Below, piece by piece: positions 37,832 through 49,637 of a stretch of 64,000 bases of DNA; within the stretch, counting starts at the first letter, position 1; each line of letters starts with the position of its first letter. The notes beneath the pieces are model-generated. The model saw nothing but the letters and a program-made list of their open reading frames with translations, made no database searches and was not told where the DNA came from. The translations under genes were made by a program, and so were the position numbers. Source of the DNA: Minisyncoccota bacterium (GTDB lineage: Bacteria; Patescibacteriota; Minisyncoccia; Minisyncoccales; CG1-02-41-26); NCBI GenBank assembly GCA_028718785.1, contig JAQULB010000003.1, positions 8,788 through 72,787 on the forward strand. The letters are read 5' to 3'.

Positions 37832-39783
37832 GTTTTCAAATATCGGATATTATTCTTTACGGCTTTAATGGACAGAAACGCGTAATCACTCTCCGTACCG
37901 GACAGTTGAATATCATCACAGGTGCATCTAAAACTGGCAAAACGGCACTTATTGAGATCATTGACTACTGTCTTGGTAGCGATGAATGTAGAATCCCCGC
38001 GGGAATTATTCGCAAAGCTGTTGAGTGGGTTGGTGTACGTCTCCAGATAGAAGCAGGTCAGGCATTTGTTGCACGGCGTTTGCCAGGTCCTGGTCGGAAT
38101 GCCTCTTCCGATATTTTCTATGATGTTCGTAACTTCATTGAAATACCTGAGCGAGTTGAATTAAGGCAAACAATTAATGATGTAGCATTAAGAGCTATTC
38201 TCTCTCAATATGCAGGAATAGGAGAAAACATTCATTATCCACCGGAAGGAAATAATAGACGTTCGTTGACAGCCAATATCCGTCATGCACTTTACTTTGC
38301 ATTCCAGCAACAAGCCGAGGTATTAAACAATCGCCTCTTGTTTCATAATCAGGGCGAACCATTTATCCCACAGGCTATCAAGGATATACTTCCGTATTTT
38401 CTTGGAGCTGTTGACGACGACTATGTTGCTAAGGTGACTAAACTACGAGACCTTCGATATAAACTCAGGGGATTGGAACGTAGGCTTTCTGAGTATGAAG
38501 CAGTCCGGGGGGAAGGAGTATCTCTTGCGCAATCTCTGCTTGTCGAGGCAATGGACATCGGGTTGCCTGGAGCGGAAATGCCCGTTGAAGATTGGAATGA
38601 ATGCATTGAGATATTGAAACGTATTCAAAGCCAACCTCCGGAACCAGAAGACGAACTCGCATCTGAAAACAATGCCTACAACCAGTTACGAAGGACAAAG
38701 TTGGAATTGGAAAGCGAGTTGCAACGAGTCAAATCTCAGATGCAGGCAGCAGAAGCATTGAACTCAGAAGGACAAGGATATTCTCATGAAGCACAAGCCC
38801 AATTGCATAGACTTCGGAGTATTGAACTTTTTGAAGAATCTGAACAAGGCGTTCCAAGATGCCCATTATGTGAATCTGAACTTTCTAATGTTTCGTTACC
38901 AGGATTAGAGCAAATGCGCCAGTCTGCCCAATGTTTAGATTCGCAGATTCGGACAATTGAAGATCGTTCTCCGCAAATGAATGAAGTAGTGAGAAAGTTA
39001 CGTGGACGATTCGATGATGTAAAACGGCGTTTACACGAAAACCGTGAAGAAATGGATGCAATCCAAGCTTCGGATCGTCGCCTTCAAGGCATGCGTGACC
39101 GTTCATCTCGACGTGCTCATATTCTTGGTCGAATCAGCCTTTACCTTGAAAGCCTTCCTCATATTGAGGATACAAGTGAACTAAAGCTGGAAATCGCGGC
39201 ATTGCAGAGCAAAATCAGTGGGCTTGAAAAAGAATTAAGCGATGCCACTGTGCAAGAACGGTTAGATTCAATCTTGTCAATCTTAAGCCGTGATATGAGT
39301 CAATGGGCATGTGAGTTGCAGTTAGAACACTCAAAATTCCCATTGCGACTCGATTTAAGGAAACTAACAGTGGTCGCTGATACAGCAGATGGTCCCATCC
39401 CCATGAATCAAATGGGAAGTGGAGAAAATTGGGTTGGCTATCACTTGATCGCGCATTTTGCCTTACATAAATGGTTTGTGAAGAGAGGTCGACCACTGCC
39501 CCGCTTTATTTTTATTGACCAACCATCCGAAGTGTATTTCCCTGCGGATCAAGAAGTGAATGGTGGCAGAATAGACGGTGAGAATGAAGACAGGAAAGCT
39601 GTTGCACGTATGTATAAATTAGCACTAGACGTTGTAAATAATCTGTCTCCAGAATTCCAAATCATAATGACAGACCATGCCGACCTCGCTGAAAAATGGT
39701 TTCAAGATTGTATTATAGAGCGTTGGAGGGACGGAATTAAATTGGTACCTGAATCATGGATACCAGGAGATACCAAAATTTGA
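37828..39783 (+). CDS. SMC/RecF-like ABC ATPase with a long coiled-coil insert (LmuB/DdmC-like, DUF3732-type)
   Basis: N-terminal Walker A ITGASKTGKTALIEI. About 300 aa of coiled coil (...LESELQRVKSQMQAAEAL...EIAALQSKISGLEKELSD). C-terminal Walker B/D-loop RFIFIDQPSEVYFP. Start reassigned to the ATG at 37828, which overlaps the upstream stop. Confidence 0.6.
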   Translation: MSFQISDIILYGFNGQKRVITLRTGQLNIITGASKTGKTALIEIIDYCLGSDECRIPAGIIRKAVEWVGVRLQIEAGQAFVARRLPGPGRNASSDIFYDVRNFIEIPERVELRQTINDVALRAILSQYAGIGENIHYPPEGNNRRSLTANIRHALYFAFQQQAEVLNNRLLFHNQGEPFIPQAIKDILPYFLGAVDDDYVAKVTKLRDLRYKLRGLERRLSEYEAVRGEGVSLAQSLLVEAMDIGLPGAEMPVEDWNECIEILKRIQSQPPEPEDELASENNAYNQLRRTKLELESELQRVKSQMQAAEALNSEGQGYSHEAQAQLHRLRSIELFEESEQGVPRCPLCESELSNVSLPGLEQMRQSAQCLDSQIRTIEDRSPQMNEVVRKLRGRFDDVKRRLHENREEMDAIQASDRRLQGMRDRSSRRAHILGRISLYLESLPHIEDTSELKLEIAALQSKISGLEKELSDATVQERLDSILSILSRDMSQWACELQLEHSKFPLRLDLRKLTVVADTADGPIPMNQMGSGENWVGYHLIAHFALHKWFVKRGRPLPRFIFIDQPSEVYFPADQEVNGGRIDGENEDRKAVARMYKLALDVVNNLSPEFQIIMTDHADLAEKWFQDCIIERWRDGIKLVPESWIPGDTKI

Positions 39784-40019
39784 AAATTATCATCATTTGT
39801 GTTTTTGTTTTTGAAAAAATGGCTTATTTAAAAATCCACTAAAAGTATATACTTTGGAGATATGTTCTCACCTGATGCTACTTATGTGACATTATAAGAC
39901 TGAGCGAAATGGCCCATTTTTTGCTTTACAAGGATGGCAATTTATGTTACAATACGCCATAATATGAATATGAACGTTCAAATAGCGTTCTAATAGCATT
40001 CTATGAACGCTTTTTATTT

Positions 40020-40520
40020 TTGGGAGATTATATATCAATGAGCCATTTTGGTCCATTGACTAGACATCAAGCTGAAACTTTAGCAGCCATAGTTAGGTAT
40101 TCTAAAAACAATGGAGACCGGGTACCCAAACCAAAAGATTTGGCTCCAATTCTTGGAATTACGGAGATTGCTGCAAAAGGACGCATTTCAAGACTTAAAA
40201 AGTATTTTGTCGAGGGAGTTACTCCCTTAAGAGTCAATGTCGAGCAATTATGCACAATAAGCACATCTGCTTTATTTTTTCTTGCAGTTCGATCTATGAG
40301 TCTTGAAGACAAAAAAGATGGAAGGGTTTTTAAATCCAGCCTTTTTGAAAAACTAACTTGCCAACATAAAGACATCTTCAATAATGACCTACTTGAAAAT
40401 CTCTGGAAAAAGGGTATAGAAGCGGGATATATTATCAACGATCCATATGAATCCGAAGCCATAAGACCTGGCGAATTATTGACAGATCAACTCGAATATC
40501 TGAAATTGATTGCAAGTTGA
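40020..40520 (+). CDS. Hypothetical protein with a possible wHTH
   Basis: ORF. LAPILGITEIAAKGRISRLKKY is HTH-like. Confidence 0.3.
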   Translation: MGDYISMSHFGPLTRHQAETLAAIVRYSKNNGDRVPKPKDLAPILGITEIAAKGRISRLKKYFVEGVTPLRVNVEQLCTISTSALFFLAVRSMSLEDKKDGRVFKSSLFEKLTCQHKDIFNNDLLENLWKKGIEAGYIINDPYESEAIRPGELLTDQLEYLKLIAS

Positions 40521-40796
40521 TATTTACTTATTTATGATTAAGAAAAATGAGAAATAAACCGAAGGTGTTTGATGGTTTTAATTTTTATTACAGGATACGT
40601 TTCTGACTATTATCTGTAATCTAACCAGATATAACAGGCGTTTTTATGTCAGTGTCTCTGAGATTAACTTCTTGATAAAGCAATTTTAATATTTTATAAT
40701 TTATCTAGAACGTCAAAATTGAAAATGTCATTATAAACATTTGATTGTTTGTGTTAGAACTTGTTTGTTGTAGGGAGATAAGGAGGGAAAGGGAAA

Positions 40797-41198
40797 ATGG
40801 CAGAAGTATCAATACGGGAAAGTATATTTAGCTCACCAAACATAGGTTTCTCAACGACGTGCGAGTGGATTCTCGTCAAAATTATTAGTTCATTTAGATA
40901 TGGTGCTACAGCCGATCAAGTTTGGGATTGTGTTGAAACGCTGTTAGATGTGTTGCGTAAAATGGGGAAACCTTTTTTCTTTTGGCTAGGTCCGGGGATA
41001 AATGTAAAGGGTGTTTTAGCCCGAATGGAAAGTCAGGGTATTTTGATCAATCATAATCCCCAAAATTTATATATTATGGCTAGAGACGGAGAGGAATCTC
41101 TTAAAGATTGGATTGATGATATGGTTAAAATATTAAATTTACCCGATGTTGCGGAGTTAGATCGAATAATACTTTCATGCGTTAGTGATAAAGAATAG
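40797..41198 (+). CDS. Hypothetical protein (133 aa)
   Basis: GGAGGGAAAGGGAAAATG RBS context. No motifs. Confidence 0.35.
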   Translation: MAEVSIRESIFSSPNIGFSTTCEWILVKIISSFRYGATADQVWDCVETLLDVLRKMGKPFFFWLGPGINVKGVLARMESQGILINHNPQNLYIMARDGEESLKDWIDDMVKILNLPDVAELDRIILSCVSDKE

Positions 41199-41324
41199 GA
41201 AAATGACTTTTTCGAGTTTTTATAAAGGGCTGACAAATATGGTTAGCCCTTTATTTTTTTATATTTTGCAAGAGTTTTTACAAACAGGACTTATCCTATG
41301 AATTAGATAATGGAGGCACAATAA

Positions 41325-43406
41325 GTGAGAGTTATCAGAGACCCTATTCATAAATACATTTCGTTAAGTGATTTGGAACTTGAAATTATTGAAACACCTT
41401 ATTTTCAGCGTCTGCGTTATATCAAACAAAATGCAACTGCTTATCTTACTTATCCTACTGCTGTTACTAGCCGATTCGATCATAGTTTAGGCGTAATGCA
41501 TATTGCAGGTAGGATGATTAGTTCCGCTCTGGAATTGAGTGCTCCAAAAGATATTAAAAATTTCTTTATTAAATGCAAGGGTGATTTTGGCAAAGAATAT
41601 AGCAAATTAAAAGATGAGCAACTTAAATATATAATTATTTCTTTAGTTCGCTTACTTGGATTATTGCATGATATTGGTCATCTGCCTTTTTCCCATACGG
41701 GTGAAGATGCGATAGATTTTCCTGATTTTTTAAGGTTGATATATAGAGAAGATGAGCATAAGGAAATAATATATTTGCATAACCAATATGGATTGCATTT
41801 GCATGAATATAATACCCTCAAAATTATTGAGAGCGAGTCTATGCGTGGAAAATTTCAATCCGTTAAAGAAGACTTGTTAGGAAAGAAATTCAAGGACAAA
41901 TGTTATATATATGATTTAATACTAATGACTTTAGACCCAAGAAAAAGGAGAAAATTTAGTGTATTTGAGACATTAGTACAAATTGTTAGTTCCAATCTGG
42001 ATGCTGATCGTGCTGATTTTTTGCTTCGTGATGGAACCATCAGTGGAGCTGGTTTCGGTGCATATGACATAGATCGTTTTATAACAACACTTAGGTTATT
42101 CAATCGCAAGGAAACAAAGGAATTCCTAATACGCCCATTATTTACTGGAATCAGTGCTATAGAGACGATGCTAATTGAACGCTATAAACTATATAAGTGG
42201 CTATATTTTCACCACTATGTTGTTTTTACTGATATGGCTGTAGAAAAACTGATTAAATCAATGCTTAAAGCAGTAGTGATAGATTCAGATTTTGCTGAAA
42301 GATTGGATATTGATATTAAACGGTTTCATTATGCTAATTTTGTTAAAGATGGTATATTTCTTGATGATACTTATATTTGGCATAAATTCAACAAATTCCT
42401 ATATTTGTTAGAAAACGAGCGAAAAATAGCAAGAGAAAATTCCAATGATTTGTCCAAAGGACTTTCATTATTCACTATAAATTTAGATGTGCAAAACATT
42501 ATAAATGAGTTAAATTCTGGGCAATTAAAAAGCCTACGGGAGCAATTTAAAGATGGAGATATTTTATCTTCCAATAGTATAAAAGTCTATACTCCTATAG
42601 AATTAAAAGAAACATGGTTGGTAATTCATGAAAGTGATGAGGAAACAGAATACAAAGTTTTGTGTGTAATCAAAAAAGAAGAGGATAAGTTATGCGTTTA
42701 CGATCCAAGATACAAACTGATCCCTCTCGAAAAGCGAGATAAAGATATAGCAGTAAGTCTTCTCCGTATCGTTTTACACAGGCGTAAGTTGGGTAGTGCA
42801 TTGTGGAAGGACACCCAGCAATATAAAGAGGTTAATAGAGATATAAAAAGTGTGATTAGGGATGCTTTCGAAAAGAAATACTGCAAAAAATATCCTAGTC
42901 AATCAGAAACAAGCTTTGATGATGAGTTTGAGGAAAGGATTAAAGAAGGTACATTTATACTTAACTATTTTGCGGAATTTTTTCCTTCCGACAAGAAGGA
43001 ATTGATTAATGATGTTGAAGAAAACTGGCTTAATAAAACTAACCAAGACTGCCACTTATCCATTCAAATTAAGCGATTCAAACCATACGGGGATTATGAA
43101 ATTATAACAAGAAAAAACGATTTAACTACGCTTAATGAGTGTTCTGAAATCGTGCAAGGGTTGGATGATGCTTGGAGTAAAGATGTTCATATGTATTTAT
43201 TTTTATTCTTTTTCGACAATTTTACTAGAGTGGCAACTGGAATAAAGATGGGGCAAATAAAGAAAGCTATGATAAAGACTTTCGCTAAATCGCTAGGTAG
43301 CTGGTACAAAGATGCCAAAGCAATGAAAAACGTTTTGTGGAAAACAGACATGTTACCTAAAGAAACAAATACCCAAATTAAGGATAAAGCAAAAATTGAA
43401 GATTAA
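41325..43406 (+). CDS. HD-domain dNTP/dGTP triphosphohydrolase-like protein with a long C-terminal extension
   Basis: RFDHSLGVMHIAGRM ... LLHDIGHLPFSHTGE is the dGTPase-type HD signature. At 693 aa it is much longer than housekeeping Dgt. Confidence 0.6.
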   Translation: MRVIRDPIHKYISLSDLELEIIETPYFQRLRYIKQNATAYLTYPTAVTSRFDHSLGVMHIAGRMISSALELSAPKDIKNFFIKCKGDFGKEYSKLKDEQLKYIIISLVRLLGLLHDIGHLPFSHTGEDAIDFPDFLRLIYREDEHKEIIYLHNQYGLHLHEYNTLKIIESESMRGKFQSVKEDLLGKKFKDKCYIYDLILMTLDPRKRRKFSVFETLVQIVSSNLDADRADFLLRDGTISGAGFGAYDIDRFITTLRLFNRKETKEFLIRPLFTGISAIETMLIERYKLYKWLYFHHYVVFTDMAVEKLIKSMLKAVVIDSDFAERLDIDIKRFHYANFVKDGIFLDDTYIWHKFNKFLYLLENERKIARENSNDLSKGLSLFTINLDVQNIINELNSGQLKSLREQFKDGDILSSNSIKVYTPIELKETWLVIHESDEETEYKVLCVIKKEEDKLCVYDPRYKLIPLEKRDKDIAVSLLRIVLHRRKLGSALWKDTQQYKEVNRDIKSVIRDAFEKKYCKKYPSQSETSFDDEFEERIKEGTFILNYFAEFFPSDKKELINDVEENWLNKTNQDCHLSIQIKRFKPYGDYEIITRKNDLTTLNECSEIVQGLDDAWSKDVHMYLFLFFFDNFTRVATGIKMGQIKKAMIKTFAKSLGSWYKDAKAMKNVLWKTDMLPKETNTQIKDKAKIED

Positions 43407-43472
43407 ATAAATCCATTTGAACTTTTATAGGAGTGGAGTGACCCCATTTTTCACCTGATTCTTTCTACTAAT

Positions 43473-44180
43473 TCAAATTTGAATATTGTACTGTGCCCAC
43501 GGGTATAGCATATTATGGCCTCCAGCTATGGCAATTTCCATGCCTCGCTTGGCATGGCTTTGACCCTGTATCCAGTGCCACTGAATTTCAAAGTTATTAT
43601 TTATTTGAAAATCGTTTGTTTCTGTTTCAAAGGGTTTTATATCAACCCGGCCATCAAGGTAAGATAAGGTTTGTTGAAGATTTTCAACTGGAATAATTTT
43701 TATTTTATTTTGAGGGCTCAACAAGTTGGCAACCGAGGCCTCTTTGGCGTTTTGAGCGGGTAAAATAATTTCTTCAAAGTTATTTTCTTTAGCTAATAAA
43801 GCAAAAGAAAAAGCTCCTTTTATGGGCTTTAGTTCTGCGTTTAACGCTAACTCTCCAAGAATTAATTTTTTATTGGGAACAAATTTTGTTTGTTGAGTGG
43901 CCAATAGATAGGCCAAGGCAATTGATAGATCAAAATGGCTGCCTTCTTTTTTTAAATCCGCTGGGGATAAATTAACAACCACTTTTTTTGTTTGAGAAGT
44001 GGGGGAAGAGAGACAAATATTTTTTATGGCTGAGGCCACTCTTTCTTTGGCTTCTGCGATTGATTTATCAGCCAATCCCACAATAATAAAATTTCTCAGA
44101 CCTTGATTAACCGAAACTTCCACTTCAATAAGGGTTGCGTTTATTCCCCACAAAACGGCTGAAAAAGTTTTAGCAAACAT
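43473..44180 (-). pseudogene. comM: comM/yifB (Mg-chelatase-like competence ATPase) N-terminal fragment, truncated just where the AAA+ domain begins
   Basis: MFAKTFSAVLWGINATLIEVEVSVNQGLRNFIIVGLADKSIAEAKERV is a YifB N-terminal Lon-like domain. The ORF ends ...IQGQSHAKRGMEIAIAGGHNMLYPWAQYNIQI*, immediately after the GGHN that normally precedes the Walker A. The composition shifts at this point. Confidence 0.6.
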
Positions 44181-44185
44181 GTTAG

Positions 44186-44325
44186 AAGTCGTTAATGAAT
44201 GAGTCCGCCTCAGGCGGGCGAGTGAATTTATGAATTCTTACACCTTGTGAAGTAGAAATTTGTTCTACAAATTTCTGTTTCAAATTTTTTACTAAAAATT
44301 TGAAACTACTTCACGGGGTAAATTT
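44186..44325 (+). repeat. Nested-palindromic repeat family, copy 1 (short variant, inner hairpins in swapped order)
   Basis: CGTTAATGAATGAG-[ccgcctcaggcggg]-CGAGTGAATTTATGAATTCTTACACCTTGTGAAGTAG...CTACTTCACGGGGTAA, with compensatory GTGAAGTA/TACTTCAC pairs. Confidence 0.7.
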
Positions 44326-44348
44326 GTTGATTTAATAATACTCTAAAA

Positions 44349-45599
44349 TTACTCTTGAGGTTTTTGTTTTTGGTCTTCTGGTTCGGTTTCTGTCTCAGCA
44401 TCTGCCCCCAACTCTTCAATATCTGCTGTTTGTTCTTTGGGAATTTCGTTAGCGTTTAATTGACTAACGCTACGCACATCAATTTTCCAGCCAGTGAGCT
44501 TGGCGGCCAACCGCACATTTTGTCCTTCTTTGCCAATAGCTAATGAAAGCTGGTCGTCTGGAATAATGGCTTGAGCTTTATTTTTTGGCAAGATTTTAAC
44601 TTCTAAAACCTTGGCTGGTGATAAGGCATTGGCAATAAATTTTTCTGGAAGTTCGTCCCAAATAATAACATCAATTTTTTCTCCGCCAAGTTCGTTGGTA
44701 ACAGCAATAATTCTTGTGCCTCGTTGCCCCACCAAAGAACCGATTGGGTCAATGCCATCTTCCAAGGCCTCAACAGCCACTTTTGACCTAAACCCAGCTT
44801 CTCTGGCAATAGCTCGAATAGCCACTTGATTGGCGCCAATTTCTGGCACTTCAAGCTCAAAAAGCTTGGAGATAAGCTTGGGATAAATTCTGGATAAAAC
44901 AATTTGAGCGCCTTTGGGCGTGTTTTCAGTTTTTAAAACAAAAAGTTTCATTCTTTGTCCGGGCTTGTAATATTCGTTGGGAGCTTGCTCTTTTTTGGGC
45001 AAAATGCCAGAAGTTCGGCCAATGTCAAAAAATACAGCCATTGGCTCAACTCGTTGCACAATACCCGAAACCACCTCTCCTTCTTTGTCTTTAAATTCTT
45101 TAAAGGTTTCTTCTTTTTCAATTTCTTTTATTTTTTGCAAAATAACTTGTTTGGCTGTTTGAGCGGCAATTCGGCCAAAATCATCTTTGGCCTCTAATGG
45201 CAAGCTAACCTCATCGCCCACCTTGGCGTTTTCGTCAATTTCTTTGGCTTCGTTTAACATAATATGCCTTTCGGGATTAAATCTGATTTTTCCACCCTCT
45301 TCATCTTCGAATTCTTCATTTGGGTTAATTTCTCCGGTTTCTCTTTTTTGTTTTATTTCTTCAATTTCTTCTTCTGATAAAATAATGGATTCATCAACTA
45401 CTTCTTTTTCTTGCCAAAAATCAAGACGCCCGGATTTTAAATCCAGCTTGGCTTTTATTTTTTGCTTTTTTTTGCCGTATTCTTTTTTGTAGGCACTGGC
45501 AATGGCCTCGGTGATAACATCAATTATTTTGTTTTCGGGAATACCCCGCTCTTCAGCGATTTCTAAAATAGCTGAGCCCAAATTTTTTAAATCTAACAT
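44349..45599 (-). CDS. nusA: Transcription termination/antitermination factor NusA, with an acidic C-terminal tail
   Basis: [39 protein letters not shown]; S1 and KH-like regions (...[18 protein letters not shown]...). Confidence 0.85.
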   Translation of the reverse strand: MLDLKNLGSAILEIAEERGIPENKIIDVITEAIASAYKKEYGKKKQKIKAKLDLKSGRLDFWQEKEVVDESIILSEEEIEEIKQKRETGEINPNEEFEDEEGGKIRFNPERHIMLNEAKEIDENAKVGDEVSLPLEAKDDFGRIAAQTAKQVILQKIKEIEKEETFKEFKDKEGEVVSGIVQRVEPMAVFFDIGRTSGILPKKEQAPNEYYKPGQRMKLFVLKTENTPKGAQIVLSRIYPKLISKLFELEVPEIGANQVAIRAIAREAGFRSKVAVEALEDGIDPIGSLVGQRGTRIIAVTNELGGEKIDVIIWDELPEKFIANALSPAKVLEVKILPKNKAQAIIPDDQLSLAIGKEGQNVRLAAKLTGWKIDVRSVSQLNANEIPKEQTADIEELGADAETETEPEDQKQKPQE

Positions 45600-45600
45600 A

Positions 45601-45790
45601 TTAGTAGTTGTTAATGAGCGAGCAATTTTATTGCGAGTGAGTTTACGAATACTTACACCCTGTGGAGTAATTTTAAATTTTTTGCTAAAAATTTAAAATA
45701 GAAATTTGTCCTGCAAATTTCTACTCTACGGGGTAAAATACCCGTAAAACTCAAACTTCGCTAATCGCTCGTTTTCGTTAACGGTTATTT
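45601..45790 (+). repeat. Nested-palindromic repeat family, copy 2
   Basis: GTTAATGAGCGA-[gcaattttattgc]-GAGTGAGTTTACGAATACTTACACCCTGTGGAGTA...CTACTCTACGGGGTAAAATACCCGTAAAACTCAAACTTCGC...TCGTTTTCGTTAACGG. Confidence 0.7.
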
Positions 45791-45964
45791 TAAGAAAATC
45801 GCCCCGTTCTTAATCAGAACCGAGCTTATCTATACTTTATCAAATAAAATAATCTTTGTCAAATTTGTATGGACTGGGTTCAAAAAAAGCGTATCAATCT
45901 GTGCCGACTCGCCTTGCTGGAGCCTTCGGCGTAGCGCAGGTTGGCCAACTTTGACACACTTTAT

Positions 45965-46405
45965 TTAATAATCTCCAATAGCGTTTTTAGTGTGGCGGAC
46001 AATATAATCACTGAGGGTGTTAAAGATAATTGCCACAACATCAATTTGTTGGTCAATATCTAATGGCAGTTTTTTAAAAGATAGGTAAATTTGGGCCATT
46101 TTTTGCAATTGCTTGGTTTTGTGAAAAGTTATTTCATCCTCTGGTAAAAATTCAGATTTTGCGAAGGGCCTGCCCTGAGCAGTTCGGCGTAGCTCACTGC
46201 GAAGGGTTTTTACTTCCACAAAAATAAGCACTCCTTTCTTTTTTGCAATAATATCCAGCTCGCCCCATTTTGTTTTAAAGTTTCTCTCTAAAATTTGATA
46301 ACCCTCTTTTTTTAAATAATTCGTGGCAATATCCTCTCCAACTTGCCCAATTTTTTGCCTCTGGTTTTGCATATTTTGAATTGGTGGACCTGGGCGGAAT
46401 TTCAC
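45965..46405 (-). CDS. yraN: YraN/UPF0102-family endonuclease-like protein
   Basis: ...WGELDIIAKKKGVLIFVEVKTLR... is the YraN signature. Confidence 0.6.
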   Translation of the reverse strand: MKFRPGPPIQNMQNQRQKIGQVGEDIATNYLKKEGYQILERNFKTKWGELDIIAKKKGVLIFVEVKTLRSELRRTAQGRPFAKSEFLPEDEITFHKTKQLQKMAQIYLSFKKLPLDIDQQIDVVAIIFNTLSDYIVRHTKNAIGDY

Positions 46406-46487
46406 CCTGTTAAATAAAATTTGTGCTCAAATTTTAATTTTAAATTAGCAAATTTAAAATTATTTAACGGGGCGGGCCGCCATCTTT

Positions 46488-46558
46488 TGGACCTAGTGAG
46501 AATCGAACTCACGTTTCCGCAATGCGAATGCGGCGCGCTACCACTGTGCTATAGGCCC
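46488..46558 (-). tRNA. tRNA-Ala (anticodon CGC)
   Basis: Reverse complement GGGCCTATAGCACAGTGGTAGCGCGCCGCATTCGCATTGCGGAAACGTGAGTTCGATTCTCACTAGGTCCA. G3:U70 identity pair, anticodon loop UUCGCAU, T-loop GTTCGATTC. No encoded CCA. One D-stem mismatch. Confidence 0.7.
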
Positions 46559-46564
46559 TGATTA

Positions 46565-46771
46565 TTATTTTTTGTCTTCCATTAATTTTAAGGCAACCAA
46601 TAAGGCAATAAAGGCAATTGAAATCATCCCAGAGGTTAGTATAAGTTTGCCAATAATTGTGTTATCAAGATTCGTTTGAAATCTTGTGCTCCACACATTC
46701 AAGAGCATCATGGCTGTGAAAAATGCGCCGAATGCCACGGCAATTAGAGCAATAATTCTTTTTATTTTCAT
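46565..46771 (-). CDS. Small membrane protein (two TM, 68 aa)
   Basis: MKIKRIIALIAVAFGAFFTAMMLLNVW...ISIAFIALLVALKLM. Confidence 0.4.
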   Translation of the reverse strand: MKIKRIIALIAVAFGAFFTAMMLLNVWSTRFQTNLDNTIIGKLILTSGMISIAFIALLVALKLMEDKK

Positions 46772-46772
46772 G

Positions 46773-49457
<2,685 letters not shown>

Positions 49458-49463
49458 ATTTTG

Positions 49464-49536
49464 TGAGCAGGGAGGGAATCGAACACCTCGTCTTCCATTA
49501 TGTAATAATGGCGCTCTGCTACTGAGCTACCCGCTC
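49464..49536 (-). tRNA. tRNA-Val (anticodon UAC), with a one-nucleotide bulge in the T-stem
   Basis: Reverse complement GAGCGGGTAGCTCAGTAGCAGAGCGCCATTATTACATAATGGAAGACGAGGTGTTCGATTCCCTCCCTGCTCA. The acceptor, D and anticodon stems pair. The T-stem GAGG(T)G/CCCTC needs a bulged T. Confidence 0.55.
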
Positions 49537-49637
49537 AATTTATTAAATTATTTGTTTGTCGGGCCGTGGAGATTTGCACTCCAGCTAAATCTTCCCGAAA
49601 GACTCGTGCTACTGTTAACACTACGGCCCGTTTTACG

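Noticed and set aside
1-43500. Prophage interpretation of the accessory region
   Set aside because: No terminase, portal, capsid, tail or lysis genes recognised. The content is replication, transfer-like ATPase, recombinase and defence genes, so a plasmid or ICE-like island is favoured.
44603-45696. Several 60-100-aa track ORFs on both strands inside nusA
   Set aside because: Low-complexity (Ser/Phe/Leu-rich) translations overlapping a confidently identified nusA CDS; frame shadows in AT-rich DNA.
45896-45965. Possible tRNA or tRNA fragment in the GC-rich patch upstream of yraN
   Set aside because: No cloverleaf can be drawn: no T-loop GTTCRA and no D-arm. It matches the GC-rich mini-repeat family instead.
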